The notes under the pieces: model-generated | What the model was told of the DNA's origin: nothing | The model's database searches: none | The model's input: only the letters and a program-made list of their open reading frames with translations | Made by a program: the position numbers and the translations under genes | NCBI GenBank assembly: GCA_035280845.1 | Contig: DATEFB010000002.1 | Coordinates: forward strand, 125,183 to 189,182 | DNA: 64,000 nucleotides | From: Candidatus Saccharimonadales bacterium | GTDB taxonomy: Bacteria > Patescibacteriota > Saccharimonadia > Saccharimonadales > EFPC-124 | Reading direction: 5' to 3' | Shown: positions 8,556-17,471 of the stretch, one piece after another | Layout of the letters: each line of letters starts with the position of its first letter | Numbering within the stretch: position 1 is the first letter of the stretch

Positions 8556-8936
8556 TTACTCGAGCTTCCATTCTATTTTCTCGCCGCCTTGTGTAACATA
8601 TTCTGCGGCACTGGCCTGGACGCTTTGGCTGTCAACATAAAAGCGCCAGAGTTTGCCCTCTTCTTTTTTACCATTGACCGCATCTACAAATGGCCCCTGC
8701 TGAGAGTTCTTAATCTCGACAGTGGCGTGCACTTTCAGCTGGTCAAGAACATTCGTACCTTTGGTGGCAACAAAGGTGACATGGTTGTCGCTTTGCTGCT
8801 GGCTGGCCTGTGCGCCTTGTACGGCTTGCGTGCCTGGTACACGGGGCTTGTTAATAAGCGCCACGGTTACAATGCCCACTATTAATATGGCGGCCGCGAT
8901 CCCGCTTGTTAGTACGCGAGTTTTTATGTTATTCAT
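8556..8936 (-). CDS. membrane-anchored DUF4430-like protein
   Basis: N-terminal TM helix, then TNVLDQL ... FVDAVNG ... WRFYVD ... GEKIEWKL, the pattern typical of DUF4430. Confidence 0.55.
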   Translation of the reverse strand: MNNIKTRVLTSGIAAAILIVGIVTVALINKPRVPGTQAVQGAQASQQQSDNHVTFVATKGTNVLDQLKVHATVEIKNSQQGPFVDAVNGKKEEGKLWRFYVDSQSVQASAAEYVTQGGEKIEWKLE

Positions 8937-9034
8937 ACCTTTCCCTCCACTGTCATTATTGCGCCATGTGGTGTGGTCGTCAATATGCTTACGCTATATG
9001 TTGCGTATTTAACATAAATTGCACGCGTGCCGCC

Positions 9035-9259
9035 CTACTTTTTAATGAAATCGGGGAGCTTCTGCCACAGCGAGTAGATCTTGTACGCTGCGTACAAAAG
9101 CGAAAGCCCGATCAGCACAAACGTTGCGGCCACAAGTGCAAACAGGACCGCCGGGTACACAATAATCAGCACGGCAAGGGCTATGAACACAATACCTTGT
9201 AGCGTAAGCGTGTAATAAATATGACGGACTGTGTTGCGGATTGAATCGAGTTGACGCAT
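9035..9259 (-). CDS. small two-TM membrane protein
   Basis: 74 aa with two hydrophobic helices. No family recognised. Confidence 0.5.
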   Translation of the reverse strand: MRQLDSIRNTVRHIYYTLTLQGIVFIALAVLIIVYPAVLFALVAATFVLIGLSLLYAAYKIYSLWQKLPDFIKK

Positions 9260-9320
9260 AGGAGCTCCTTATTAGTTATGTTTAGTATACCTGACCATAT
9301 GTTGGTGCTACCATGGCAGT

Positions 9321-9767
9321 ATGGATGCGTTTGATTTCACGCTAAAGGACCACGCCGGCACCGACCGATCTTTGCATGATTGGCGGGGAAAATGGGTTGT
9401 GCTTTATTTTTACCCTAAAGATGACACGCCCGGCTGCACAAGCGAGGCCTGCAGTTTCCGCGACGCCAACGAGGCGCTGCTTGCGCAGGACGCCGTCGTT
9501 GTGGGCATCTCTAAGGATTCGGTAGAGAGTCATGCGGCGTTCCGGCAGCAGCATGCGTTGCCGTTCACGCTGCTCAGCGACCCCACCCACGAAACTATCG
9601 AACAATATGGTGCCTGGGGCCCGGGATTCATGGGGCACATTGGCACAAAACGGCAAACCTTCATTATTGATCCCCAGGGTAAAATCGTAAAAGAATACCT
9701 CAAGGTGACCCCTGCCCAACATGCCACGCACATTTTAAACGATTTGGCTGTGCTGCAATCTCGCTAG
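9321..9767 (+). CDS. bcp: thiol peroxidase / peroxiredoxin Bcp
   Basis: YFYPKDDTPGCTSEAC active-site motif; AhpC/TSA fold length. Confidence 0.9.
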   Translation: MDAFDFTLKDHAGTDRSLHDWRGKWVVLYFYPKDDTPGCTSEACSFRDANEALLAQDAVVVGISKDSVESHAAFRQQHALPFTLLSDPTHETIEQYGAWGPGFMGHIGTKRQTFIIDPQGKIVKEYLKVTPAQHATHILNDLAVLQSR

Positions 9768-9801
9768 CAGAACTAAGGGAAAGTGCGTTACACTAACTGA
9801 T

Positions 9802-12453
9802 ATGTGCGGTATTGCAGGTTACTACGGCTTTACTGAAGACAGTAAGGCACTACTCAGAACAATGAACAAAGCGCAGGCCCACCGCGGGCCTGACGGTGAA
9901 GGATACTACTCCGACGGACCAGTTGGTTTGGCGCATTTGCGCCTGGCCATTATTGACAGAGCCCACGGCGTGCAGCCAATTACTGATGCTACAAAAAACT
10001 TCACTATAATTTATAACGGCGAAGTCTATAACTACCTGGAGCTTAAGGCCGAACTGAAGAAAAAAGGCCATTCTTTTAAGACCGAATCTGACACGGAAGT
10101 CATTCTAGAAGGGTACGCCGAGTGGGGCGCCAAAGTGTTCGATCGCCTAAACGGCATGTTTGCGATTGCAATTTGGGACAAGGCCAAGCAGCAGTTGGTA
10201 CTTTCGCGGGACCATTTTGGCATCAAACCGCTCTATTTTGGTAACGCTGGCACGCCGCAGAAACCACAGTTGGTATTTGCCTCAGAGATTAAAACCATTC
10301 TGGCGACCAAAAAGATTACGGTCACGCCAAACGACCGCCTGATTTACCGCTACCTGCGGTTCAGGGCGCACGAGGACACTCCCGAGACATTCTTCAACGG
10401 CATCGAAAAGCTGCTGCCTGGCGAGATGATGGTCGTCGACAAAAAAGGCATCACCCGCAGCATGTTCACTGAGTTCCGCGAGCGCCTTGCTACCGCTGCC
10501 ACGCACAATCGCCACTACATGCCATCCGAAACCGATGAATACCGCAAACGCCTGGTAGAATCTGTGCGTATTCGCCTGCAGAGCGAAGTGCCGGTGGGTA
10601 CCTGTTTGTCGGGCGGTTTGGATTCGTCTACGATTGCCCTGACCGTTAATAAGCTTTTGCAGGAAAAAGACAAAACCGCCCAGTCGGTTGGCGGAAAGCA
10701 AAACACATTTAGCGCAGTCTTTCCGGGCAGTATTAACGACGAAGAAAAATACATAGACGCCGTGCTCGAAAAAGCCGGGGGCGCCATTGATTCGCACAAG
10801 ATTTACCCAACCGCCGACACGTTTGCTGCCGACCTGGAAGATTTTATACGCACCCAGGAAGAGCCCACTATTAGCACCGGTCCCTACGCCCAATACAAGG
10901 TTATGGAAGAGGCGCACAACCACGTGACCGTTTTACTGGACGGCCAGGGCGCAGACGAGATGCTGGCAGGCTACTACCCCTATTATTTTGTGTATCTGCG
11001 CCAGCTTAAGCGCGAAGGCAAATACCTGAAGCTGGTCGGAGAGATGCTTCGTTCGACCGATGTATTGCTGCGGTTCTTACGTTTCCGTATTTACGACAAG
11101 CTTAATTTTCGCCGCAAAGTCGGCATCACCGAACTTTTGAGCGGCGATTTTAAGGCGACGCACAAACAGGAATCATTCCGCCCGGTACAGGATGACCTAA
11201 AGAAGCGCTTCATCGAAGACATCTTTCTCAATAGCCTGCCGGCGCTGTTGCGCTACGAAGACAAGAACACCATGCGTTTTAGTTTGGAAGGCCGCGTACC
11301 GTTTTTAGACAAAGAGGTCGTCGAATATTTGTTTGGCCTAAGCAACGAGGCAATTATTCGCGGCAGCTGGAACAAGCGCATTTTGCGCGACGCAACAAAA
11401 GGCCTACTCCCCGAAGCTGTCCGCGCCCGCCGCAACAAAATTGGCTTTACCACACCCGAGCAGGAATGGTTTAAACGACTTAAGACCCGTTTTTATGGCA
11501 TCTTCTTAAGTGAGAGTTTTGCGAACCGCCCATACTTTAACCAGCAGGCCGTGCTGAATGCCTTCGAAGGCCACATTAAAGGCCGCAACACAACAGATAC
11601 CATGGTATTCTGGCGCATGCTCAATGTTGAGCTTTGGCTGCGCGAATTCTTCGACGAGAAACCAACCGGCGACGCTAAGCCCAAAGCCGAAAAATCAGAC
11701 CTCGAACCAAATGCCGAAAAACAGCTCGATATTCAGGCAGAGGGCAAAACCTACCGCCGCTACCCTCTGCGCACCAAAATGGTTGCCGCTACCGACGAAC
11801 TGAAGCCCTTTGTCACCGATCGCCTGAATGAGTTTTTTGACACCCTGCACAACGACAAGAAGCACCTGCATTACGCCGGCCGTCCCTGGAAGCTATTTAT
11901 CAGCGAGAAAATCGTTGCCATTACACAGGGCCGTTCGTACTTTATTTGGGATATTAAGCCGAGTTTCTGGGCGCGCACCCTCAGCCGCTTTGTTGTTAAG
12001 ACGCCATATGGTATTGGCCTCGGCAGCCCCTGGACAATGCAGCTTGCCATAGAAGAGGCAGGCCTGGGGCGCATTTTATTTGCGTCGATTGCGGCCGCGG
12101 TTGGCAAAGTTTTCGGCAAAAAAGGCCTTTTCTACGAACTGGCTGGTGCTGATGTGCGGGCAATCGACGGACCAACTGAATATTCGGTGTACCCAAGTAA
12201 CGTCTCGGCTAAGTTGCCGCCCAAAGACCCGTCTAGGGTTGCAGAACAGCTCGCCGAAGCCATTAAAATTGACCTCCCCGCAGATGTCGTTGAGCATTTT
12301 CAGGGTGTCGTAGTGATCGACGCTAACGACATTGGCCGCAATGTACTCGGCCACAATACTGACCAGAAAGAGGCTAGCCTCGAGGCGGTATTCGCTGATA
12401 ACCCGCTTGGGCAGGGGAGCGAACGCACGCCGCTCTGCGTTGTGATTGAATAG
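9802..12453 (+). CDS. glutamine-hydrolysing asparagine synthase-like amidotransferase fused to a C-terminal ~240-aa CofE/F420-ligase-like domain
   Basis: MCGIAG Ntn nucleophile and SGGLDSS PP-loop. An extra C-terminal domain carries ISEKIVAITQGRS, RAIDGPT and VVVIDANDIGRN. Confidence 0.8.
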   Translation: MCGIAGYYGFTEDSKALLRTMNKAQAHRGPDGEGYYSDGPVGLAHLRLAIIDRAHGVQPITDATKNFTIIYNGEVYNYLELKAELKKKGHSFKTESDTEVILEGYAEWGAKVFDRLNGMFAIAIWDKAKQQLVLSRDHFGIKPLYFGNAGTPQKPQLVFASEIKTILATKKITVTPNDRLIYRYLRFRAHEDTPETFFNGIEKLLPGEMMVVDKKGITRSMFTEFRERLATAATHNRHYMPSETDEYRKRLVESVRIRLQSEVPVGTCLSGGLDSSTIALTVNKLLQEKDKTAQSVGGKQNTFSAVFPGSINDEEKYIDAVLEKAGGAIDSHKIYPTADTFAADLEDFIRTQEEPTISTGPYAQYKVMEEAHNHVTVLLDGQGADEMLAGYYPYYFVYLRQLKREGKYLKLVGEMLRSTDVLLRFLRFRIYDKLNFRRKVGITELLSGDFKATHKQESFRPVQDDLKKRFIEDIFLNSLPALLRYEDKNTMRFSLEGRVPFLDKEVVEYLFGLSNEAIIRGSWNKRILRDATKGLLPEAVRARRNKIGFTTPEQEWFKRLKTRFYGIFLSESFANRPYFNQQAVLNAFEGHIKGRNTTDTMVFWRMLNVELWLREFFDEKPTGDAKPKAEKSDLEPNAEKQLDIQAEGKTYRRYPLRTKMVAATDELKPFVTDRLNEFFDTLHNDKKHLHYAGRPWKLFISEKIVAITQGRSYFIWDIKPSFWARTLSRFVVKTPYGIGLGSPWTMQLAIEEAGLGRILFASIAAAVGKVFGKKGLFYELAGADVRAIDGPTEYSVYPSNVSAKLPPKDPSRVAEQLAEAIKIDLPADVVEHFQGVVVIDANDIGRNVLGHNTDQKEASLEAVFADNPLGQGSERTPLCVVIE

Positions 12454-12477
12454 CGAGCCTCGCAATCGAGGCTAAAA

Positions 12478-12870
12478 GTGATAGGATTAAAGCATATGCT
12501 TCTCACCACATTCTTCTCTTGGTGGTATGGCGTGGGCTGGCTGAGCTTGGGCCGCAAAGTAGCCGGGCGCGTCAATGGCGTGCTTAAGTTCTTTTCTGTC
12601 GGGCAGCTTGCGACCAGTTTATTTGCGCCGTTTAGGCAAATCTCGGCAGGAAATGTGCAGGGGCCATTGGGTGTGCAATTGCGAGCTTGGGGCGATAAGC
12701 AGTTCTCGCGGGTTATTGGCGCCATTGTGCGCCTGTTGCTGATTTTTTGCGGTATCATCGGGGCGTTTTTGTACGGCGTGCTCGGGCTCATTATGTTGGT
12801 CATTTGGCCGCTCCTACCTGTTTTCCCGCTGATTGGCCTTGTGTTAACGGTGTCGGGGTTTAAGCCATGA
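12478..12870 (+). CDS. hypothetical multi-TM membrane protein
   Basis: 130 aa, GTG start. Its end overlaps the start of the next gene by 4 nt (ATGA). Confidence 0.55.
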   Translation: MIGLKHMLLTTFFSWWYGVGWLSLGRKVAGRVNGVLKFFSVGQLATSLFAPFRQISAGNVQGPLGVQLRAWGDKQFSRVIGAIVRLLLIFCGIIGAFLYGVLGLIMLVIWPLLPVFPLIGLVLTVSGFKP

Positions 12871-15263
12871 AGCCCGGTCTTAACTTAAGTAGCGCGCGGT
12901 CACAGCAGGCACGCCTGAGCGTTGCAATGCGCCCTGCCTGGATACGCGCCAGCCTCGCTGTTGCATACCTCGCCGTGCTTGGGCTTGGGATCATGCTGCT
13001 GGTAATCGACCAGTCGGTGGGCTGGCTGGTCGCAAGTATCTCGTTTTTGCCCCTGTTGCCGCTTGTCTGGTACGAGTGGTGGCTAAAGGATTTGCCGCCA
13101 TCTCGCCATCCTCAGACTATAGATGACGTGCTGGAGCCACTGGTGCTCGGCCGCGTTAAGGGTAATATGACGCCACAGCAATTATCTGAAGTTGCCATGC
13201 TTACGCCCGGCGGCACTTTTTTTGCAGTGCGTCTAGGGGTTGGTCCTAATTTTTTGCGAGACATGAGCAGCCCAAGCGCGGCCGACAGTGAGGTTGTTTG
13301 GCAAATCGCCCTGCAACTACAGCACGACCTTAAATTGCATCACTTGTCGGGAGCTGTGCTGACTGCAGCGATTGTGCGGTGCATGCCAAACCGTGACCAG
13401 TTACTTGCCCAACTGCAAATTACCTTCGAAGACGTGCTGGCTGCTGTACATTGGTTCCACCACATCCGCGAACTTGCCGAAATGCATGCCCGCCGCCGCT
13501 ATGGTGGTGGTATTGGCCGCGACCTGAGTTTTGGTTATACCAACATGCTTAGTCGTTTTGCCATGAATGTTAGTATGCAGGTGGCTGGCGGCAGCCTCAC
13601 CCGTGACCTCGAGGCGCACCAAGCCATTCTGGACCAGCTTATGCAGCAACTTTCGAGTGGTGGCCGTCGGAACGCCGTGCTTGTGGGCCCAACTGGCGTA
13701 GGTAAAACTACACTGGTATATGCTATGGCCGAGCGGTTGCTCGACGATGGCGCGCATGTTCCGGCCGACCTTAAATACCGGCAGGTCATGGCGCTCGACC
13801 CCGCCGGGCTTATTGCAAACGCCCGCGGACGTGGTGAGCTGGAAGGCTTGCTGACGCAACTGTTAAACGAAGCATATGCCGCTAAAAACGTTATTCTGTT
13901 CCTCGATAACGCCGAGCTCTTTTTTGGCGAGAGCACCGGCGCGGTGGATGTGCGCAATATTCTGTTGCCTGTGCTCGAAGGCGGTGCCCTGCGTATTGTC
14001 ATGAGCATGGACGAGCAGCAATGGCTCACCCTAAACCGCGCCACACCGTCGCTGACGCAGCAGCTCAACCGCATTACCGTGCCTAGCTTAAACGAAGCCG
14101 ACACGTTGCTTGTGTGCCAGGACCAGCTGCTGCCACTGGAATTCCGTACGCGCGTTACGTTTATGTTGCAGTCGCTTAAAACCGCCTACCGTTTGGGGCT
14201 GCGGTATGTTGCTGACCAGGCTATGCCCGGCCAGGCCATCCATATTCTTGAGGCCGCAGCCAAATATAACATCAACGGGTTCGTGACCGGCCAAAGCGTT
14301 GAAAAAGCTGTTGAGTCGCTGTATGGCGTTAAGGTTTCGAACGCCCGGAATGGCGATGAGCGCGAAACCCTGCTGCATTTGGAAGACTTGCTGCACGAAC
14401 GCATGATCAACCAGACACGGGCTGTCGGCGCTGTTTCGAACGCCCTGCGCCGTGCTCGAAGCGGTGTGCGTAACCAGCAGCGGCCTATCGGCAGCTTCCT
14501 GTTTTTGGGCCCAACTGGCGTTGGTAAAACCGAGCTCGCAAAAGCGTTGGCGGCAGTGTACTTTGGCGGCGAGAACCACCTTGTGCGGCTGGACCTAAAC
14601 GAATTTGGCCGTCCCGAAGATGTTGCCCGGCTTATTTCCGATGGCGCTACCGACCCGCATAGCCTGACCGCTCAAATCGCCAAGCAGCCATTTAGCGTGG
14701 TACTGCTCGACGAGATAGAAAAAGCTCATCCGAATGTGCTGAACACGTTGCTGCAGCTGCTCGACGAAGGTATTTTGCGGGACATTAATAACCGCGAGAT
14801 CAGCTTCAGGGACGCTGTGCTGATTGCCACAAGTAACGCCGGCGCTGACCGAATCCGCGAGTACATCGAAAAAGGCTACGAGCTGGAGCAGTTCGAAAAG
14901 CAGTTCCAAGATGAGCTTATTAACAGCGGCCACTTTAAGCCGGAATTCCTAAACCGTTTCGACGAGATCGTGACCTTCCGGCCGCTCAAGCCCGAAGAGT
15001 TGTTGCAGGTTGTCGATTTAATGCTGGGAAGCGTCAATAAAACACTCGCGCCGCAACAGATCACAATCCATGTTGACGATGATGCAAAGCGCCGTCTGGT
15101 AGATGTTGGCAACGACCCACGCCTTGGTGCCCGCCCAATGCGCCGCATTGTGCAGCGGACGGTCGAGAACATTGTCGCCAAGCGATTATTGCAAGGAGAG
15201 ATTGCGCCAGGCACCACTGTTCAGATATCATTGGAAGACGTTAATGGAGCCTTACAACAGTGA
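12867..15263 (+). CDS. membrane-anchored double-AAA+ Clp/Hsp100-family ATPase
   Basis: Two N-terminal TM helices. D1 has Walker A GPTGVGKTT and Walker B LFLDNAE. D2 has GPTGVGKTELAKALA, VVLLDEIEKAH and GARPMRR. Confidence 0.8.
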   Translation: MKPGLNLSSARSQQARLSVAMRPAWIRASLAVAYLAVLGLGIMLLVIDQSVGWLVASISFLPLLPLVWYEWWLKDLPPSRHPQTIDDVLEPLVLGRVKGNMTPQQLSEVAMLTPGGTFFAVRLGVGPNFLRDMSSPSAADSEVVWQIALQLQHDLKLHHLSGAVLTAAIVRCMPNRDQLLAQLQITFEDVLAAVHWFHHIRELAEMHARRRYGGGIGRDLSFGYTNMLSRFAMNVSMQVAGGSLTRDLEAHQAILDQLMQQLSSGGRRNAVLVGPTGVGKTTLVYAMAERLLDDGAHVPADLKYRQVMALDPAGLIANARGRGELEGLLTQLLNEAYAAKNVILFLDNAELFFGESTGAVDVRNILLPVLEGGALRIVMSMDEQQWLTLNRATPSLTQQLNRITVPSLNEADTLLVCQDQLLPLEFRTRVTFMLQSLKTAYRLGLRYVADQAMPGQAIHILEAAAKYNINGFVTGQSVEKAVESLYGVKVSNARNGDERETLLHLEDLLHERMINQTRAVGAVSNALRRARSGVRNQQRPIGSFLFLGPTGVGKTELAKALAAVYFGGENHLVRLDLNEFGRPEDVARLISDGATDPHSLTAQIAKQPFSVVLLDEIEKAHPNVLNTLLQLLDEGILRDINNREISFRDAVLIATSNAGADRIREYIEKGYELEQFEKQFQDELINSGHFKPEFLNRFDEIVTFRPLKPEELLQVVDLMLGSVNKTLAPQQITIHVDDDAKRRLVDVGNDPRLGARPMRRIVQRTVENIVAKRLLQGEIAPGTTVQISLEDVNGALQQ

Positions 15264-15799
15264 AAGCAAAATTTGAACAGTATTTAGCCCAGCTCGTATA
15301 TGGTGCGATCGACGGATCGGTCACCACATTTGCAGTTGTGGCCGGCGCAGCAGGTGCCAAGCTAAGTTCGACGGTCATTATTATTTTAGGGTTTGCGAAC
15401 CTTATTGCTGATGGATTTTCGATGGGCGCCAGCGCTTATTTGGCGGCAAAATCCGAACGTGACTTAAAAGTAAGCAAGGACGAACAGCATGCCGGCGGCG
15501 AAACACCAATTGGTGATGGTATTGCCACATTTGCGTCATTTATAGTCGTTGGTTTAGTGCCAGTAACAGTGTATGTTGTGGACGCATTCTTTAACCTGCG
15601 CATCGATGCCGGGTCATTGTTTGGCGCAAGCTGTTTCCTAACGGGTGCTGCCTTTATGGCAATTGGCATTGTAAAAGGACAGGCGACTAAGACCAGCCAG
15701 CTTAAATCTGCACTCGAAACGCTGCTTCTTGGTGGTATCGCGGCCGCCTTAGCCTACATTTTGGGTGACCTTCTTGCCCGGGCGCTGGGCGCAAGCTAG
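15260..15799 (+). CDS. VIT1/CCC1-family iron/manganese transporter
   Basis: GAIDGSVTTFAVVAGAAGA and LIADGFSMGASAYLA motifs, plus C-terminal TM helices. Confidence 0.8.
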   Translation: MKAKFEQYLAQLVYGAIDGSVTTFAVVAGAAGAKLSSTVIIILGFANLIADGFSMGASAYLAAKSERDLKVSKDEQHAGGETPIGDGIATFASFIVVGLVPVTVYVVDAFFNLRIDAGSLFGASCFLTGAAFMAIGIVKGQATKTSQLKSALETLLLGGIAAALAYILGDLLARALGAS

Positions 15800-15834
15800 C
15801 CCACCCCTGTTGGGTGTGGTATAATCTTTTGGAC

Positions 15835-15909
15835 GCGGGTGTCATATAACGGTCATTATCCCAGTTTTCCAAACTGGTGACGTGGGTTCGACTCCCTCCA
15901 CCCGCACCA
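15835..15909 (+). tRNA. tRNA-Gly (anticodon TCC), CCA encoded
   Basis: Acceptor GCGGGTG/CACCCGC, anticodon stem CCAGT/ACTGG, loop TTTCCAA, 4-nt variable loop. One T-T mismatch in each of the D and T stems. TGgTATAAT lies upstream. Confidence 0.8.
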
Positions 15910-15910
15910 T

Positions 15911-15945
15911 AAAAGAAGCTCATCGGAACTGATGAGCTTCTTTTA
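15911..15945 (+). terminator. intrinsic terminator after tRNA-Gly
   Basis: GAAGCTCATC / GATGAGCTTC stem flanked by AAAA and TTTT. Confidence 0.6.
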
Positions 15946-15958
15946 TGTATAAATTCGG

Positions 15959-15997
15959 GTAGATCACCCCGGCGACGAGGTCACCAGGGTGATCTAC
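15959..15997 (-). terminator. GC-rich stem-loop after cassette B
   Basis: GTAGATCACCC / GGGTGATCTAC, a perfect 11-bp stem just downstream of the stop at 16008. A second palindrome, CCGAGGCTAGGCCTCGG, spans the stop codon. Confidence 0.45.
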
Positions 15998-16007
15998 GTC
16001 GCCGAGG

Positions 16008-16388
16008 CTAGGCCTCGGGTGTCGGAGGAAGTGGGAAGTTGTGGCTGATGAAATCTGCCCACGCAAGGCCCACCATGACGATCATGTCGTCGCGCTGGGC
16101 ACCTGGAATGCGCCGTCGCCTGCCGCGACCGGGGTCGGGCAGGCTTTGGGTCTTCAGGCGGATTGCCTCTGCGCGTGCCTGGTCCAGACGAACCGTGCTG
16201 CGCGTGAAGAGGTATTCCAGGATGGCGTGCATGGCCAACTCTTTGTCGGTCATGTGCGATAGACCGATGTCGGAGAGCCGCTGCCGGAGAGCTTTGAGGG
16301 CGTCCAGGCGTTTGCCGGCGAAATCGATGAACCGTACAGGCTCCCAGTCTGGGCGGTTAGGCCCGTCAGAGAGCGACCAATCAGACAA
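16008..16388 (-). CDS. hypothetical protein (GC-rich cassette B)
   Basis: 126 aa. TTG start 7 nt after AGGAGG, GC-rich third positions, Arg-rich patch GRGRRRRIPG. No family recognised. Confidence 0.55.
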   Translation of the reverse strand: MSDWSLSDGPNRPDWEPVRFIDFAGKRLDALKALRQRLSDIGLSHMTDKELAMHAILEYLFTRSTVRLDQARAEAIRLKTQSLPDPGRGRRRRIPGAQRDDMIVMVGLAWADFISHNFPLPPTPEA

Positions 16389-16420
16389 TGTGCTTCCTCC
16401 TAAGTGTTCGAGGTGTATAT

Positions 16421-16449
16421 ATTGTACAATAAAAATTAAAAAAAGTCAA
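16421..16449 (-). promoter_or_regulatory. candidate promoter of cassette B
   Basis: Minus strand: TTGACT, 17 nt, TACAAT, in an AT-rich patch between two GC-rich ORFs. Confidence 0.45.
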
Positions 16450-16483
16450 TAAACTAAGCATAAGCATTATAGATAGGAACGAG

Positions 16484-16518
16484 CCCACGGTACTGAGTCC
16501 GTGGACTGTTCCCGTGGG
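16484..16518 (-). terminator. GC-rich alternative stem-loops after cassette C
   Basis: CCCACGG can pair with either CCGTGG (16499-16504) or CCGTGGG (16512-16518), directly after the stop at 16541. Confidence 0.4.
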
Positions 16519-16540
16519 CGATGTGCGCACGTGTTGTTGG

Positions 16541-17338
16541 TCAGCTCTTGCGAGTGGCGAGACCGTCGGGGCTCTCATCGCCGGGCTCGGTCTTCACGAC
16601 CTCGCCGTCGATGGTGGGCTTCCGGTGCGGACGCGTGCCCTTGCGGTCGAACCGCCACCAGGGGCGCCAGTACTTGTACTCGTCGACGCTCTCGACGTGG
16701 TAGAAGATGGCGCACAGGGCGGCGATCGGCCAGAACATCGAGACGACGGCCATGACCAGCATGCCCCAGAGGCGCCACACCTGGATGAGGTACCAGAAGA
16801 AGCGCAGCACGCTCTGGAACTTGTTCATCCACTTCAGGCGCCGCTTGAACCACGGCCGGTTGCCACCAGGGGCCTCCGGCGGGTCGAACGCCCAGGAGTA
16901 GTAGTACATGACGTCGTCCCAGTAGCTGGTCTGGGTGGCCTTGTGCTCACTGTCGCGGTACGCCTTGCGGGCGACGGCGATGCCGAGCATCTTGCGCAGC
17001 GGGGTGGTCAGGAACCACAGCACCGCGATCGCGATGTAGGTGTCCCAGTCGGCACGCAGGAGCCAGAGCCCCAGCGTGGCCGAGAAGACGAGCCAGAGCG
17101 GGAAGCCCAGCCGGGGGATGCTCAGTCGACGCCGCAGCGCCTTCTTGAGATCGATCTTCGGCCAGCTCTCGTTGCACTCCGTCTCGTCGTACTCGACGTC
17201 GTAGGCGCGGAACACCACGATGTACAGGTACAGCAGCTCCGCCAGCGCTCCGCCGGCCAGAATGCTGTAGCCCAGCACCGTGAACATGTTCTCCCAGAGG
17301 AACTCCAGGATACTCACAGGGACCTCCATCCCGAGCAT
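16541..17338 (-). CDS. hypothetical Trp-rich multi-TM membrane protein (GC-rich cassette C)
   Basis: 265 aa with G/C at nearly every third position. Several hydrophobic helices and a W/R/K-rich cytoplasmic loop. The mirror ORF on the + strand looks like a shadow. Confidence 0.65.
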   Translation of the reverse strand: MLGMEVPVSILEFLWENMFTVLGYSILAGGALAELLYLYIVVFRAYDVEYDETECNESWPKIDLKKALRRRLSIPRLGFPLWLVFSATLGLWLLRADWDTYIAIAVLWFLTTPLRKMLGIAVARKAYRDSEHKATQTSYWDDVMYYYSWAFDPPEAPGGNRPWFKRRLKWMNKFQSVLRFFWYLIQVWRLWGMLVMAVVSMFWPIAALCAIFYHVESVDEYKYWRPWWRFDRKGTRPHRKPTIDGEVVKTEPGDESPDGLATRKS

Positions 17339-17370
17339 TGAACTTTTTGCAACAACAATTGCAGATTGGA

Positions 17371-17399
17371 ACTATACTGCATTGTTGACATAAATGCAA
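17371..17399 (-). promoter_or_regulatory. candidate promoter of cassette C
   Basis: Minus strand: TTGCAT, 17 nt, TATAGT. Confidence 0.45.
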
Positions 17400-17425
17400 C
17401 TATAAGCAATTTAAAACATACGCGA

Positions 17426-17471
17426 CCCCAAGAAAAATAGCCTACCTTTCGGTACGCTACTTTTCTTGGGG
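17426..17471 (-). terminator. stem-loop after tRNA-His
   Basis: CCCCAAGAAAA / TTTTCTTGGGG stem, one arm of which includes the tRNA 3' end. Inner TACC/GGTA pairing. Confidence 0.4.

Noticed and set aside
10282-10923. 213-aa ORF antisense within the asparagine-synthase-like gene
   Set aside because: It lies inside a CDS with intact catalytic motifs and has no independent signals.
16514-17341. 275-aa + strand ORF mirroring cassette C, plus other long ORFs in the same interval
   Set aside because: Its Arg/Asp/His/Pro/Val-rich translation has no hydrophobic core and is typical shadow-frame sequence in GC-rich DNA. The minus-strand frame carries the GC3 bias, the TM helices, a promoter and a terminator.
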